Shown here piece after piece: positions 48,257-57,572 of a stretch of DNA of 64,000 nucleotides. The stretch comes from Acidobacteriota bacterium (GTDB taxonomy: Bacteria; Acidobacteriota; Vicinamibacteria; Vicinamibacterales; UBA2999). The notes below the pieces were generated by a model that was not told the DNA's origin, made no database searches, and saw only the letters and a list, made by a program, of their open reading frames with translations. Made by a program: the position numbers and the translations under genes. The DNA lies in the NCBI GenBank assembly GCA_040754955.1, contig JBFMCA010000004.1, forward strand, positions 29,120-93,119, written 5' to 3'. Numbering within the stretch: the stretch's first letter is position 1; every line of letters begins with the position of its first letter.

Positions 48257-49456
48257 GTGCCCTCGCTCATCTTTCGCAAGGGCCTCGACCTCAAGCAGGA
48301 AGTCGCTGGCGTCCTCGCCTCGAGCTACCACAGCGCGCTCGTCGAGCGCATGAAGTCGGAGGGCTACCGGTACACCGCCGGCCGGCTCACGGTCCACCTC
48401 GCGCGCGAGTTCGGCTTCTGCTACGGCGTGGACCGCGCCGTCGACTACGCCTACCAGGCGCACCTGCGGTTCCCTGAGCGCCGGGTCTTCCTCACGGGCG
48501 AGATCATCCACAACCCGCACGTCAACGACCAGCTCCGCGCCAAGGGCATCCGCTTCCTCAGCGACGCCGCCGAGCGGAACACGACGCTCGGGGCCGACGA
48601 CGTGGTCATCCTGCCGGCGTTCGGCGTGACCATCGAGGAGCTGGCCGATCTCGACCGCCGGGGCTGCACGCTCGTGGATACGACCTGCGGATCCGTCCTG
48701 AACGTCTGGAAGAACGTCAAGCGCTACGCGCAGGACGGCTTCACCTCCGTCATCCACGGCAAGCACTGGCACGAGGAAACCCGGGCCACCGCCTCCCAGG
48801 CCACCGCCCTCGGCGGCCACTACCTGGTCGTGCTCGATCGCGACGAGGCCGCGCTCGTCTGCGACTACATCCGGACGGGCGAGGCCGGCGACGCGCTGCG
48901 GACGCGGTTCGGCGATGCGACATCCGCCGGGTTCGACCCCGGCACGCACCTGCAGCGCGTGGGATGCGCCAACCAGACCACCATGCTCAGCTCCGAGTCG
49001 CTGGCAATCGGCGAGATGTTCCGGGCGGCGATGCGCGAACGCTACGGCGAAGCGGAGCTGGCCGATCGCTTCCGGGCCTTCGACACCATTTGCAGCGCGA
49101 CCCAGGATCGCCAGGATGCGATCATCCAGCTGCTCGCCGAGACGCCCCTCGACCTGATGGTGGTCGTCGGGGGCTACAACAGCAGCAACACCTGCAACCT
49201 GGCGCGGATCTGCCACGAGCGCGTGCCGACGTACCACATCGCCGACCCGGACGGGCTCGTCTCGGCCAGCGAAATCCGGCATCGCGACGTGCCAACGCGC
49301 ACCGAAACGGTGACGCGGGGCTGGCTGCCCTCGGCCGGGCCGGTGACCGTGGGACTGACCTCGGGCGCCTCCACCCCCGACAACCTCGTCGAGGCGGTCG
49401 TGCGGCGGCTGGAGGCGTTCACCCGGCACACGCCGGGCGGGCCGGGACAGCCGTAA
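48257..49456 (+). CDS. ispH: 4-hydroxy-3-methylbut-2-enyl diphosphate reductase (long-form IspH/LytB)
   Basis: ..LAREFGFCYGVDRAV..LTGEIIHNPHVN..DTTCGSVLNVWK..GKHWHEET..CANQTTMLS..VVVGGYNSSNT.. The GTG start lies immediately after the anti-sigma stop. Confidence 0.9.
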   Translation: MPSLIFRKGLDLKQEVAGVLASSYHSALVERMKSEGYRYTAGRLTVHLAREFGFCYGVDRAVDYAYQAHLRFPERRVFLTGEIIHNPHVNDQLRAKGIRFLSDAAERNTTLGADDVVILPAFGVTIEELADLDRRGCTLVDTTCGSVLNVWKNVKRYAQDGFTSVIHGKHWHEETRATASQATALGGHYLVVLDRDEAALVCDYIRTGEAGDALRTRFGDATSAGFDPGTHLQRVGCANQTTMLSSESLAIGEMFRAAMRERYGEAELADRFRAFDTICSATQDRQDAIIQLLAETPLDLMVVVGGYNSSNTCNLARICHERVPTYHIADPDGLVSASEIRHRDVPTRTETVTRGWLPSAGPVTVGLTSGASTPDNLVEAVVRRLEAFTRHTPGGPGQP

Positions 49457-49494
49457 ACAGGCGGTCGAGGGGCGTCGTAACCACTACGACGGCT

Positions 49495-49935
49495 ATGTCC
49501 AAGTTCCGTAAGTTGCTTGTTTGCCTGGCGTTGGCCCTGTCGCTCGGGGCGGTGTCGGCCGGCGCGCGCGCTCAGGGGTCGAAGTGGTGGCAGCACCCGC
49601 GCTACCAGACCGAGCTCGGTCTCTCGCCGGATCAGATCTCGCGCATCGAAGACGTGTTCCAGGCGGCCCAGCCGGAGCTGCGCGCCCAGAAGCGGGCCCT
49701 GGACAAGCTCGAGGACGAGCTGTCGCGCCTGGTCGGCGAGGCCGTGGCGTCGGAGGCCGAAGTCGAGCAGTTCGTGAGCCGGGTCGAGGTCGCACGCGCC
49801 GACCTCAACAAGAGCCGGACCCTGATGCTCTTCCGCATCCGTCGAATCCTCACGACCGAGCAGCACGTCAAATTGAAGGAGCTCCACGAGCACGATCGGC
49901 GGAACCGGTCCCGGCGCGGTTCCGGCGGGCTGTAA
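49495..49935 (+). CDS. Periplasmic Spy/CpxP-family (LTxxQ) protein
   Basis: Signal peptide MSKFRKLLVCLALALSLGAVSAGARA, a helical body, and an LTTEQ motif (RRILTTEQHVKLKEL). Confidence 0.65.
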   Translation: MSKFRKLLVCLALALSLGAVSAGARAQGSKWWQHPRYQTELGLSPDQISRIEDVFQAAQPELRAQKRALDKLEDELSRLVGEAVASEAEVEQFVSRVEVARADLNKSRTLMLFRIRRILTTEQHVKLKELHEHDRRNRSRRGSGGL

Positions 49936-49954
49936 CCTCCCGAGTACGACTCCG

Positions 49955-51646
49955 ATGATGACTGCAAGACGATTGGCTGTCGCGGCTGCGGCCGCGGCGT
50001 TGTGCTGGCCCGCCTTCGCGACGGCCCAGCCGGCCCCCACGCCCACCCACCAGGACGCGCTGGTCCGCGACGCGCTCGCCCGCTACCGCGAGGGGCTCGC
50101 CGCGCTGGAGAGCCGCACGGGCCTCGCGCAGACCGCGATCCGCCCGGCGCGCGGCACCCGCGAGCTGCGGCTGGAGGAGGCCGTCGAGCTCGCGCTGGCA
50201 CAGAACCTCGACATCGCGGTCGAGCGCCTCAACCCGCAGGCGGTGGACCTGCAGATCGCCGGCCTCGAGCACACGTACCGGCCCCTGGCCACCACCACCA
50301 TCGGCCAGCGCGACCAGGTGCTGCTGCCGACCAACCAGTTGAACGGCGGCCAGCGCGTGAACAACGCGACGACGACCTACAACTTCGGCATCAGCCAGCC
50401 CGTGCCCCTCTACGGGGGGAACTTCAGCCTGACGTGGAACAACAGCAAGCTCGACACGTCGAACCTGTTCGCGAACTTCAACCCGAGCTTCCAGACGTCG
50501 CTGACGGCCGCCTACACGCAGCCGCTGCTGCGCGGCCTGCGCATCGACAACACGCGGCAGCAGCTCCTCGTGACGCGGATCAACCGCGACATCGCGGAAG
50601 AGAACGTCCGCGCCACGGTGGCGGCCACGCTGGCCAACGTGCGCAACGCCTACTGGGACCTGGTCTTCGCGCGGAGCGCGGTCGAGGTCGCCGAGCGCGC
50701 GCTGCAGCTCGCGGAGAAGCTCGTCGAGGACAACCGCGCCCGGGTGGAGGTGGGCACGCTCGCCCCGCTCGACATCGTCCAGTCGGAAGCCGAGGTGGCG
50801 TCCCGGCGCCAGATCCTCGCGCAGGCCGAGGCGACGCTGCAGACGGCGGAGCTGGCGCTCAAGCGCTTCCTGGTCACGGGCACCGAGGACCCGCTCTGGT
50901 CGCTTGAAATCGTGCCGGTGGACCTGCCCTCGCTCGAGGCGCCGCCCTCCGACGTCGAGGGCGCGGTCCGCGCGGGGCTGTCCCGCCGCACCGACCTGGT
51001 CAACGCGCGGCGCAATCTGGACAGCGCCGACGTGTCGATCCGCTTCTTCCGGAACCAGGCGTTGCCGGCGCTGGACCTGACGGCGAGCTACGGCGCGCAG
51101 GGGCTGGGGGGCACGCAGTTCATCCGGCAGAGTTCGGGGCTGGGCAGCGTCGTGACCGGCACCATTCCCGGCGGCTATCGCGACGCGCTGGCGCTGCTCG
51201 GCGCGCGGGACTTCCCAGTGTGGAACGTGCAGCTCAACCTGAGCTACCCCATCGGCGGCAGCCAGGCCGAGGCGCAGCTTGCCCGCGCGCGGGTGCAGCG
51301 CAACCAGTCGATCGCGCGGCTGCGGGTCCTGGAGCTGCAGGTGGCCACGGAGATCACCAACGCCGCGCTGGCCGTGCAGAGCAATTTTCGGCGGGTCGAA
51401 GCCGCGCGGGCCGCGCGCGAGCTGGCGGCCCGGCGGCTCGAAGCCGAGCAGAGCCGCTTCGAGGTCGGGCTGTCGACGAACTTCTTCGTGGTGCAGGCGC
51501 AGCGCGATCTCCGCGACGCCGAGAACACCGAGCTCCGCGCCCTGGCGGACTACCGCAAGTCGCTCGTGACCTTCGAGCGCGCGCAGGAGGCGCCCGCTGG
51601 CGGCGGGGGCGGGGGCGGCGGCTTTGCGGCCGGTGGCCAGCAGTAA
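49955..51646 (+). CDS. TolC-family outer-membrane efflux protein
   Basis: A signal peptide and two OEP repeats (..LEEAVELALAQNLDIAVERLN.., ..VEVGTLAPLDIVQSEAEVASRRQ..). It is followed by MFP and RND genes. Confidence 0.88.
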   Translation: MMTARRLAVAAAAAALCWPAFATAQPAPTPTHQDALVRDALARYREGLAALESRTGLAQTAIRPARGTRELRLEEAVELALAQNLDIAVERLNPQAVDLQIAGLEHTYRPLATTTIGQRDQVLLPTNQLNGGQRVNNATTTYNFGISQPVPLYGGNFSLTWNNSKLDTSNLFANFNPSFQTSLTAAYTQPLLRGLRIDNTRQQLLVTRINRDIAEENVRATVAATLANVRNAYWDLVFARSAVEVAERALQLAEKLVEDNRARVEVGTLAPLDIVQSEAEVASRRQILAQAEATLQTAELALKRFLVTGTEDPLWSLEIVPVDLPSLEAPPSDVEGAVRAGLSRRTDLVNARRNLDSADVSIRFFRNQALPALDLTASYGAQGLGGTQFIRQSSGLGSVVTGTIPGGYRDALALLGARDFPVWNVQLNLSYPIGGSQAEAQLARARVQRNQSIARLRVLELQVATEITNAALAVQSNFRRVEAARAARELAARRLEAEQSRFEVGLSTNFFVVQAQRDLRDAENTELRALADYRKSLVTFERAQEAPAGGGGGGGGFAAGGQQ

Positions 51647-51668
51647 CGGGCGAGCGAACAGGCTTCAT

Positions 51669-53090
51669 ATGCGCAAATTCGTCATCATCGGCATCGTGGT
51701 CGTCATCGCGGGCGCGGCTGCCGCGTACGTCGGGCTCCTCTCGCGGGAGCAGCCTGCGGCGGCCCAGGGGCAGGCCGGGCCCGGCGGGGCGGGCGCCGGC
51801 GCCCGGGGCGGGATGGGCGGCGGCGGCTTCGGCGGCGGCGGCATGGGCGGCGGCCGCGGCGGCTTCGGCGGCGGCGTCCGGCCTCCCATGACCGTCGAGG
51901 TCGGCGCGGTGACGCGCGGGGACATCGGCGCGAGCCTGACCGTCGTCGGCAACCTCATCGGCGAGCAGAGCGTCGAGGTGGTGCCCAAGACCGGCGGCCG
52001 GCTGGTGTCGGTGAGCGTGCAGCTCGGGGATCGCGTGCGCCGGAACCAGCCGCTCGCCAAGATTGAGGATCGCGAAATCGTCGAGCAGGTCCGCCAGGCC
52101 GAAGCGTCGCACACCGTGGCGCAGGCGACGATCCGCCAGCGCGAGGCCGACTTGATGCTCGCCGAAACCAACGTCGAACGGTCGCGCAACCTGTACCAGC
52201 GGCAGCTCCTGCCCAAACAGACGCTCGATGACAGCGAGGCCCGCTACCAGGCGGCGCTCGCTCAGCTCGACCTGGCCAAGGCGCAGCTGGCACAGACCGA
52301 CGCGCGCCTGCAGGAGCTCCGGATCAACCTGGCGAACACCACGGTGGCCTCGCCGGTCGACGGCTTCGTCGCGAAGCGCTACGTCGATCCCGGCGCGTGG
52401 GTGTCGCAGAACGCGCCGATCGTCGCGGTCGTCGACATCTCGCGCCTGCGGCTGGTGGCCAACGTCGTCGAGAAGGACCTCCGCGTCGTCAACGCCGGCG
52501 ACGTGGCGACGGTGGAAGTGGATGCATATCCCGGCGAGACGTTCCGCGGCCGCATCGCGCGGGTGGCGCCGGTGCTCGATCCGGCAACGCGCACGGCGCA
52601 GATGGAAGTCGAGGTGCCGAATGCCGACGCCCGCCTGAAGCCGGGCATGTACGCGCGCATCCGAATCCAGGTGGAGACGCGCCAGAACGCGCTGCTCATC
52701 CCGGTGGCCTCGCTCGTGGACGTCGAGGGCCGGCGGGGCGTGTTCGTCGCCAACGCGGATGACAAGGCCGAGTTCGTGCCCGTGGAGGTGGGACTCCAGG
52801 ACGGCGACCGGGCCGAGGTCCGGAGCGGCTTGCAGGAGGGCGATCGCATCGTCACGGTGGGCGCCACGGCGCTGCGCGTGAACGACACGCTCGTCATCGC
52901 CGGCCAGCCGCCGCGCGGCGGACCGGGCGGCGCGCCGGGCGGGCCCCGAGGCCGTCGCGGCATGGGCGCGGGCGGCCCCGGCGGTGAGCGCCAGGGCACC
53001 GGCGCCGAGGCAGCACCCGGCGGCCGTGGGGGCCGCGGGATGAAGGGGCGGCCCGAAGGGGGCCAGCGTCCACAGGGTCAGGGGCAATAA
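51669..53090 (+). CDS. RND efflux periplasmic adaptor (MFP/HlyD family) with Gly-rich low-complexity N- and C-terminal segments
   Basis: The ATG at 51669 gives MRKFVIIGIVVVIAGAAAAYV (TM anchor). The core motifs are ..VASPVDGFVAKRYVDPGAWV.. and ..YPGETFRGRIARVAPVLDPATRT.. These are flanked by GGMGGGGFGGGGMGGGRGGFGGG and PRGGPGGAPGGPRGRRGMGAGGPGG tracts. Confidence 0.88.
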   Translation: MRKFVIIGIVVVIAGAAAAYVGLLSREQPAAAQGQAGPGGAGAGARGGMGGGGFGGGGMGGGRGGFGGGVRPPMTVEVGAVTRGDIGASLTVVGNLIGEQSVEVVPKTGGRLVSVSVQLGDRVRRNQPLAKIEDREIVEQVRQAEASHTVAQATIRQREADLMLAETNVERSRNLYQRQLLPKQTLDDSEARYQAALAQLDLAKAQLAQTDARLQELRINLANTTVASPVDGFVAKRYVDPGAWVSQNAPIVAVVDISRLRLVANVVEKDLRVVNAGDVATVEVDAYPGETFRGRIARVAPVLDPATRTAQMEVEVPNADARLKPGMYARIRIQVETRQNALLIPVASLVDVEGRRGVFVANADDKAEFVPVEVGLQDGDRAEVRSGLQEGDRIVTVGATALRVNDTLVIAGQPPRGGPGGAPGGPRGRRGMGAGGPGGERQGTGAEAAPGGRGGRGMKGRPEGGQRPQGQGQ

Positions 53091-53093
53091 GCC

Positions 53094-56000
53094 ATGAGCA
53101 TCCCGCGTCTCGCCATCCACCGCCCCGTCACGATGTTCATGCTGAGCGGGGTCGTTCTCCTGCTGGGAGGCATCTCGCTCACGAGGCTGCCCGTCGACCT
53201 GATGCCGGACGTGTCGTACCCGAGCATCACGGTGCGGACGTCGTACTCGGGCGTGGGCCCGCTCGAGATGGAGGAGCTCGTCACGCGGCCCGTGGAGCAG
53301 GCGGTGAGCGCCGTGGCGGGCCTGCAGCAGATCAACTCGACCTCGTCGGAAGGGTCGAGCATGGTCCGGCTGAACTTCGCCTGGGGCACCGACCTCAGCG
53401 AAGCCGCCGATGACGTGCGGACGCGCATCGATCGCATCCGCGGCCGGCTGCCGGAGGACGCGGACGCGCCGACGATCTTCAAGTTCGACTCCACGGCCAT
53501 GCCGATCATGGGCATCGGGGTCGAGGGCGACTTCGACCCCGTGACGCTGCGCGAGATCGCCGAGAACGACCTGTCGCCGCGGCTCGAGCGGGTGGCGGGC
53601 GTCGCCGCGGTGAGCGTGAACGGCGGTCTGCGCCGCCAGATCAGGGTGGATCTGTCGCGCGAGAAGATCACCGCGCTCAATCTGTCGGTGGACCGGGTCA
53701 TCCAGATCCTCCGGACGGAGAACCAGAACATCCCGCTCGGCGAGATTGACGAGTCCGACCGGACGCTTCTGCTGCGCAGCCCCGGCCAGTTCACGAGCCT
53801 CGACGAGATTCGCAACCTGGTCGTCCTGACGCGCCAGGGCGTGCCGGTCTACCTGCGCGACATCGCGGAGGTGCGGGACACGACGGAAGACCGCCGGAGC
53901 CTGATGCGCATCAACGGGCGGCCTGGCATCCGCATGCAGGTGACCAAGCAGTCGGGCACGAACACGGTGCAGGTTGCGCAGGGCGTCCGCGACGAGATCG
54001 AGCGCCTCAACCGGCAGATTCGCGGCGTCAAGCTGACGGTGCTCGACGACCAGTCGGTGTTCATCCAGCGATCCATCGCCAGCGTGCAGGAGCACGCCCT
54101 GCTCGGCAGCCTGCTGGTGATGGCGATCATCTTCGTCTTCCTCCGCGACTGGCGCGCGACGCTCATCATCTGCACGTCGATCCCGATCTCGGTCATCGGC
54201 ACCTTTGCGCTGCTCTACTTCGGCGGATACACGCTCAACACGCTCACCTTCGGCGGCCTGGCGCTGGGCATCGGCATGATCGTCGACGCGGCCATCGTCG
54301 TGCTCGAGAACGCGCACCGGCACCTCGACATGGGCAAGGACCGGATGACGGCGGCCATCGAGGGGAGCGAAGAGGTCTGGTCCGCGATCCTGGCGTCCAC
54401 GCTGACGCACATCGCGGTGTTCGTGCCCATGTTCTTCCTGACGGGCATCTCGAGCATCATGTTCGGCCAGCTGGCCGCCGTCGTGTCGTTCTCGCTGGCC
54501 ATGTCGCTGTTCGTGGCCGTGACGATCGTGCCGGTGCTCTGCTCGCGGTTCCTCGGCTCGCCCAGGCACGGGAAGGACGAGACGGGGGTCATCGCCGCGA
54601 TCTCCCGCGGCGCCGACGCCGCGCTGGCCGGCCTCGACCACGCGTACAACCGCTTCCTCCACGTCGCGCTCCACCACCGCCCGACGGTCTTCGCCACGGG
54701 CGCGGGCCTGTTCCTGCTCGCGGTCCTCCTGCTGCCGCGCGTCGGCTTCGAGTTCCAGCCGACGACCGACGAAGGCGAGGTCACGGTGGACGCGGAGCTG
54801 GCGATGGGCACGCGCATCGAGCTGACCGAGGCCGTGCTGCTGCGGCTCGAGGACGCCATCCGCCAGCAGGTGCCGGAAGCCACCATGATCATCACGCAGA
54901 GCGGGGGCGGCGGCGGGATGGGCGGCTTCTTCGGCGGCGCCTCGACGCACCGCGGCAGCCTCCAGATTCGCCTGGTGCCCCGGACCGAGCGGCAGCGCAC
55001 CAGCGAGCAGATCGCCATGCAGCTCCGGCGCGACCTGGCGGGCCTGCCCGGCGTCATCGTGCGCGCCCGCCCGAGCGGCAACCAGATGGGCATGATGCGC
55101 ATGGGTCAGGGCGGCGACGGCCGGCTCACCGTGGAGATCCTGGGGCACGACCTGCAGGAGTCGAGCCGCATCGCGCGGGATCTGAAGGCACTGCTGGACA
55201 CGACGCCGGGCATCGCCGACTCGCGGCTGGGCCGCGACGAGGGCCGCCCCGAACTGACCGTGCGCGTCGACCGCGACAAGGCGGCGCTGCTCGGCCTGAC
55301 GGTGACGGGCGTGGCCAACACGATTCGCACCAACGTGGCCGGCACGCAGGCCGCGATGTTCCGCGAGGCCGGCAACGAGTACCCCATCATCGTCCGCCTG
55401 CGCGAGTCGGATCGCTCGCAGGTGACGTCGGTCGGCGACGTCCTGCTGAGCACGCCGCAGGGCGAGGTCCTGCCGGCGAAGAACGTGCTCGCCATCGGCC
55501 GCGACACCGGCCCGGTGCAGATCGAGCGGAAGAACCAGGAGCGGGTACAGCGCGTCAGCGCCGAGACGGAGGTCACCTTGAGCGAGGCCGTGGCCAACAT
55601 CCGCGCCCGCCTGCCCGAGCTGAACGCGCCGGCCGCGTTCGCCGTCGGCTTCGGCAACGAGGTCGAGGAACAGGCCCGGTCGTTTGGCGAACTGCAGCTC
55701 GTGCTAATCCTGGCGATCGTGCTCGTCTACACCGTGATGGCGTCCCAGTACGAGTCGCTGCGCGACCCGTTCATCATCATCTTCTCGATTCCGCTGGCCG
55801 CCATCGGCGTGGTCGGCGCGCTCCTCCTCACCGGCACGCCGTTCAGCATGCAGGCCTACATCGGCGTCATCATGCTGGCGGGCATCGTGGTGAGCAACGC
55901 CATCCTGCTCGTCGACTACACCAACACGCTCCGGCGCCGCGACAAGATGCCGCTGCGCGAGGCGGTCGAGACGGCCGGCCGGCACCGCCTGCGGCCGATT

Positions 56001-56219
56001 CTGATGACCACGGCCAGCACGGCCCTCGGCCTGCTCCCCATGTCGCTCGGCATCGGCGAGGGCGCCGAGCTGCAGGCGCCGCTCGCCCGCGTCGTCATCG
56101 GCGGGCTGCTCACCTCGACGCTCATCACGCTCGTGTTCGTTCCGGCGATGTACACCCTCTTCGAAGAGGGCTGGAGCGGCCTCTTCAGGAAGGGCGCGCG
56201 GCCCGAAGCAGCGCACTGA
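53094..56219 (+). CDS. RND-superfamily inner-membrane efflux pump (AcrB/CzcA-like, 12 TM helices)
   Basis: 1041 aa with the typical start [47 protein letters not shown] and the TM4 region [20 protein letters not shown]. The substrate class cannot be determined by eye. Confidence 0.92.
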   Translation: MSIPRLAIHRPVTMFMLSGVVLLLGGISLTRLPVDLMPDVSYPSITVRTSYSGVGPLEMEELVTRPVEQAVSAVAGLQQINSTSSEGSSMVRLNFAWGTDLSEAADDVRTRIDRIRGRLPEDADAPTIFKFDSTAMPIMGIGVEGDFDPVTLREIAENDLSPRLERVAGVAAVSVNGGLRRQIRVDLSREKITALNLSVDRVIQILRTENQNIPLGEIDESDRTLLLRSPGQFTSLDEIRNLVVLTRQGVPVYLRDIAEVRDTTEDRRSLMRINGRPGIRMQVTKQSGTNTVQVAQGVRDEIERLNRQIRGVKLTVLDDQSVFIQRSIASVQEHALLGSLLVMAIIFVFLRDWRATLIICTSIPISVIGTFALLYFGGYTLNTLTFGGLALGIGMIVDAAIVVLENAHRHLDMGKDRMTAAIEGSEEVWSAILASTLTHIAVFVPMFFLTGISSIMFGQLAAVVSFSLAMSLFVAVTIVPVLCSRFLGSPRHGKDETGVIAAISRGADAALAGLDHAYNRFLHVALHHRPTVFATGAGLFLLAVLLLPRVGFEFQPTTDEGEVTVDAELAMGTRIELTEAVLLRLEDAIRQQVPEATMIITQSGGGGGMGGFFGGASTHRGSLQIRLVPRTERQRTSEQIAMQLRRDLAGLPGVIVRARPSGNQMGMMRMGQGGDGRLTVEILGHDLQESSRIARDLKALLDTTPGIADSRLGRDEGRPELTVRVDRDKAALLGLTVTGVANTIRTNVAGTQAAMFREAGNEYPIIVRLRESDRSQVTSVGDVLLSTPQGEVLPAKNVLAIGRDTGPVQIERKNQERVQRVSAETEVTLSEAVANIRARLPELNAPAAFAVGFGNEVEEQARSFGELQLVLILAIVLVYTVMASQYESLRDPFIIIFSIPLAAIGVVGALLLTGTPFSMQAYIGVIMLAGIVVSNAILLVDYTNTLRRRDKMPLREAVETAGRHRLRPILMTTASTALGLLPMSLGIGEGAELQAPLARVVIGGLLTSTLITLVFVPAMYTLFEEGWSGLFRKGARPEAAH

Positions 56220-56679
56220 TCGTCCGGCCCGTCACCGGGTCGACCCAGTCCGGCGCCAGTTCCGCGAGCGGCTCGAGCACGAAGAGCCGCGCGCGGAACC
56301 GCGGATGCGGCACCTCCAACCCGGGCTCCCGAAGCACCAGCGTCCCGTAGAGAATCAGGTCCAGATCCAGCGTGCGCGCCGCGCCCCGAAACGGCCGCGT
56401 CCGGCCCGCCGCGCTTTCGAGCGCCTGCAGCCGGTCGAGCACGGCCCGCGCGTCCAGCGCCGTCGTCCCCACGACCGCGCCGTTCAGGACCGGCGGCTGC
56501 GGACCGGGGTCGGTCCCGTCCACCGGCTCGAAGGGCGTTTCACGCCAGCGCGAGACCCGGATGTCGTCGAGGAACCGCCGCAGGCCGGAGACGGCGGCGG
56601 CGAGGTGGGCATGCCGGTCGCCGGTGTTGCTGCCGAGGGCGACCGCAATCGGCGTGGGCGCCGCGGCTACTCGACCCAC
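56185..56679 (-). CDS. folK: 2-amino-4-hydroxy-6-hydroxymethyldihydropteridine diphosphokinase (HPPK)
   Basis: ..[46 protein letters not shown].. GTG start at 56679 (uncertain). The 3' end overlaps the convergent RND gene by 35 nt. Confidence 0.85.
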   Translation of the reverse strand: MGRVAAAPTPIAVALGSNTGDRHAHLAAAVSGLRRFLDDIRVSRWRETPFEPVDGTDPGPQPPVLNGAVVGTTALDARAVLDRLQALESAAGRTRPFRGAARTLDLDLILYGTLVLREPGLEVPHPRFRARLFVLEPLAELAPDWVDPVTGRTISALLRAARPS

Positions 56680-57152
56680 CTCGTGGGCAGCACGTCGCCC
56701 CGCCGCTCGTTGATGGCCAGGTGCGTCCCGATGAGGTCGGTGCGGCCGGCCGCGGCCTGCGCGAAGATCCGCTCGTGCTCGAGCATCTCGCCCAACACAA
56801 TCTTCAGCATGGCCTTGTGGCGCGCGTGCGTCACCGCCTCCACGCGCGGGCGCCACCGCTCGACGAACGCCCGCTGCAGGCGCGCGTCCTCGGCCGCTTC
56901 GGCCGCCCACGCGCCCTTCGCGCGGGGCGGCGCCGCCGGCCGCGGCGGGTCGGCGGGGATCTCGGTCCCGAGGTCGACGAGCGCGTGCTGCAGCCACGAC
57001 AGGTGCGTCTCCTCGCGTGCGATGACGTACTGGTAGGCGTTGTTGATGTCGTACGGCGTGACGATGGTCGCCGTGTTCTCGTGGCGCATCAGCAGCGCGA
57101 CGCGCTCGAGGTAGAACTCGCGGATGAGCTGGCTCAGGTCGCTGGAGGTCAC
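56667..57152 (-). CDS. Hypothetical helical protein (161 aa)
   Basis: The GTG at 57152 overlaps the dksA-like stop (GTGA). The sequence is protein-like (..YQYVIAREETHLSWLQHAL.., ..LGEMLEHERIFAQAA..). I am not confident of any family assignment. Confidence 0.5.
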   Translation of the reverse strand: MTSSDLSQLIREFYLERVALLMRHENTATIVTPYDINNAYQYVIAREETHLSWLQHALVDLGTEIPADPPRPAAPPRAKGAWAAEAAEDARLQRAFVERWRPRVEAVTHARHKAMLKIVLGEMLEHERIFAQAAAGRTDLIGTHLAINERRGDVLPTRWVE

Positions 57153-57487
57153 GCCTTCTGCTTTTCCTTGCAGGTGATGCACACCCGCGTCCACGGGATG
57201 GCGTTCAGCCGGGCCTCGGCGATGGGCTCGCCGCAGTCGCGGCAGATGCCGTAGGTGCCCTTGTCGATGCGTGCGAGGGCTTCGTCGATGGCCTGCAGGA
57301 TCTTCGCGTCGGTCTGCTTCAGCCGGAGCGCGATGTGAACTTCGTTGTTGCCGGCCGCCTGGTCGGCCATGTCGCCCTGGCGGCCGTTGTTGTGCTCCAT
57401 CGAGGTCTGCAGCGGCCGCACGCCCGCGGTCTGGACCAGCTCGGCGCGCTTCTGCAGCAGGGCCTCTTTGTACGACGACACGTTCAT
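57149..57487 (-). CDS. DksA/TraR-family C4 zinc-finger protein
   Basis: ..GTYGICRDCGEPIAEARLNAIPWTRVCITCKEKQ (CxxC-N17-CxxC), preceded by a coiled-coil-like region. Confidence 0.85.
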   Translation of the reverse strand: MNVSSYKEALLQKRAELVQTAGVRPLQTSMEHNNGRQGDMADQAAGNNEVHIALRLKQTDAKILQAIDEALARIDKGTYGICRDCGEPIAEARLNAIPWTRVCITCKEKQKA

Positions 57488-57572
57488 TCAGCCTACTCCA
57501 CACGGGACCGCCCGACACGGTCGGACCAACACCCGATAATACCGCTAATCGGGGTCCGGGCACCACCGGGGC

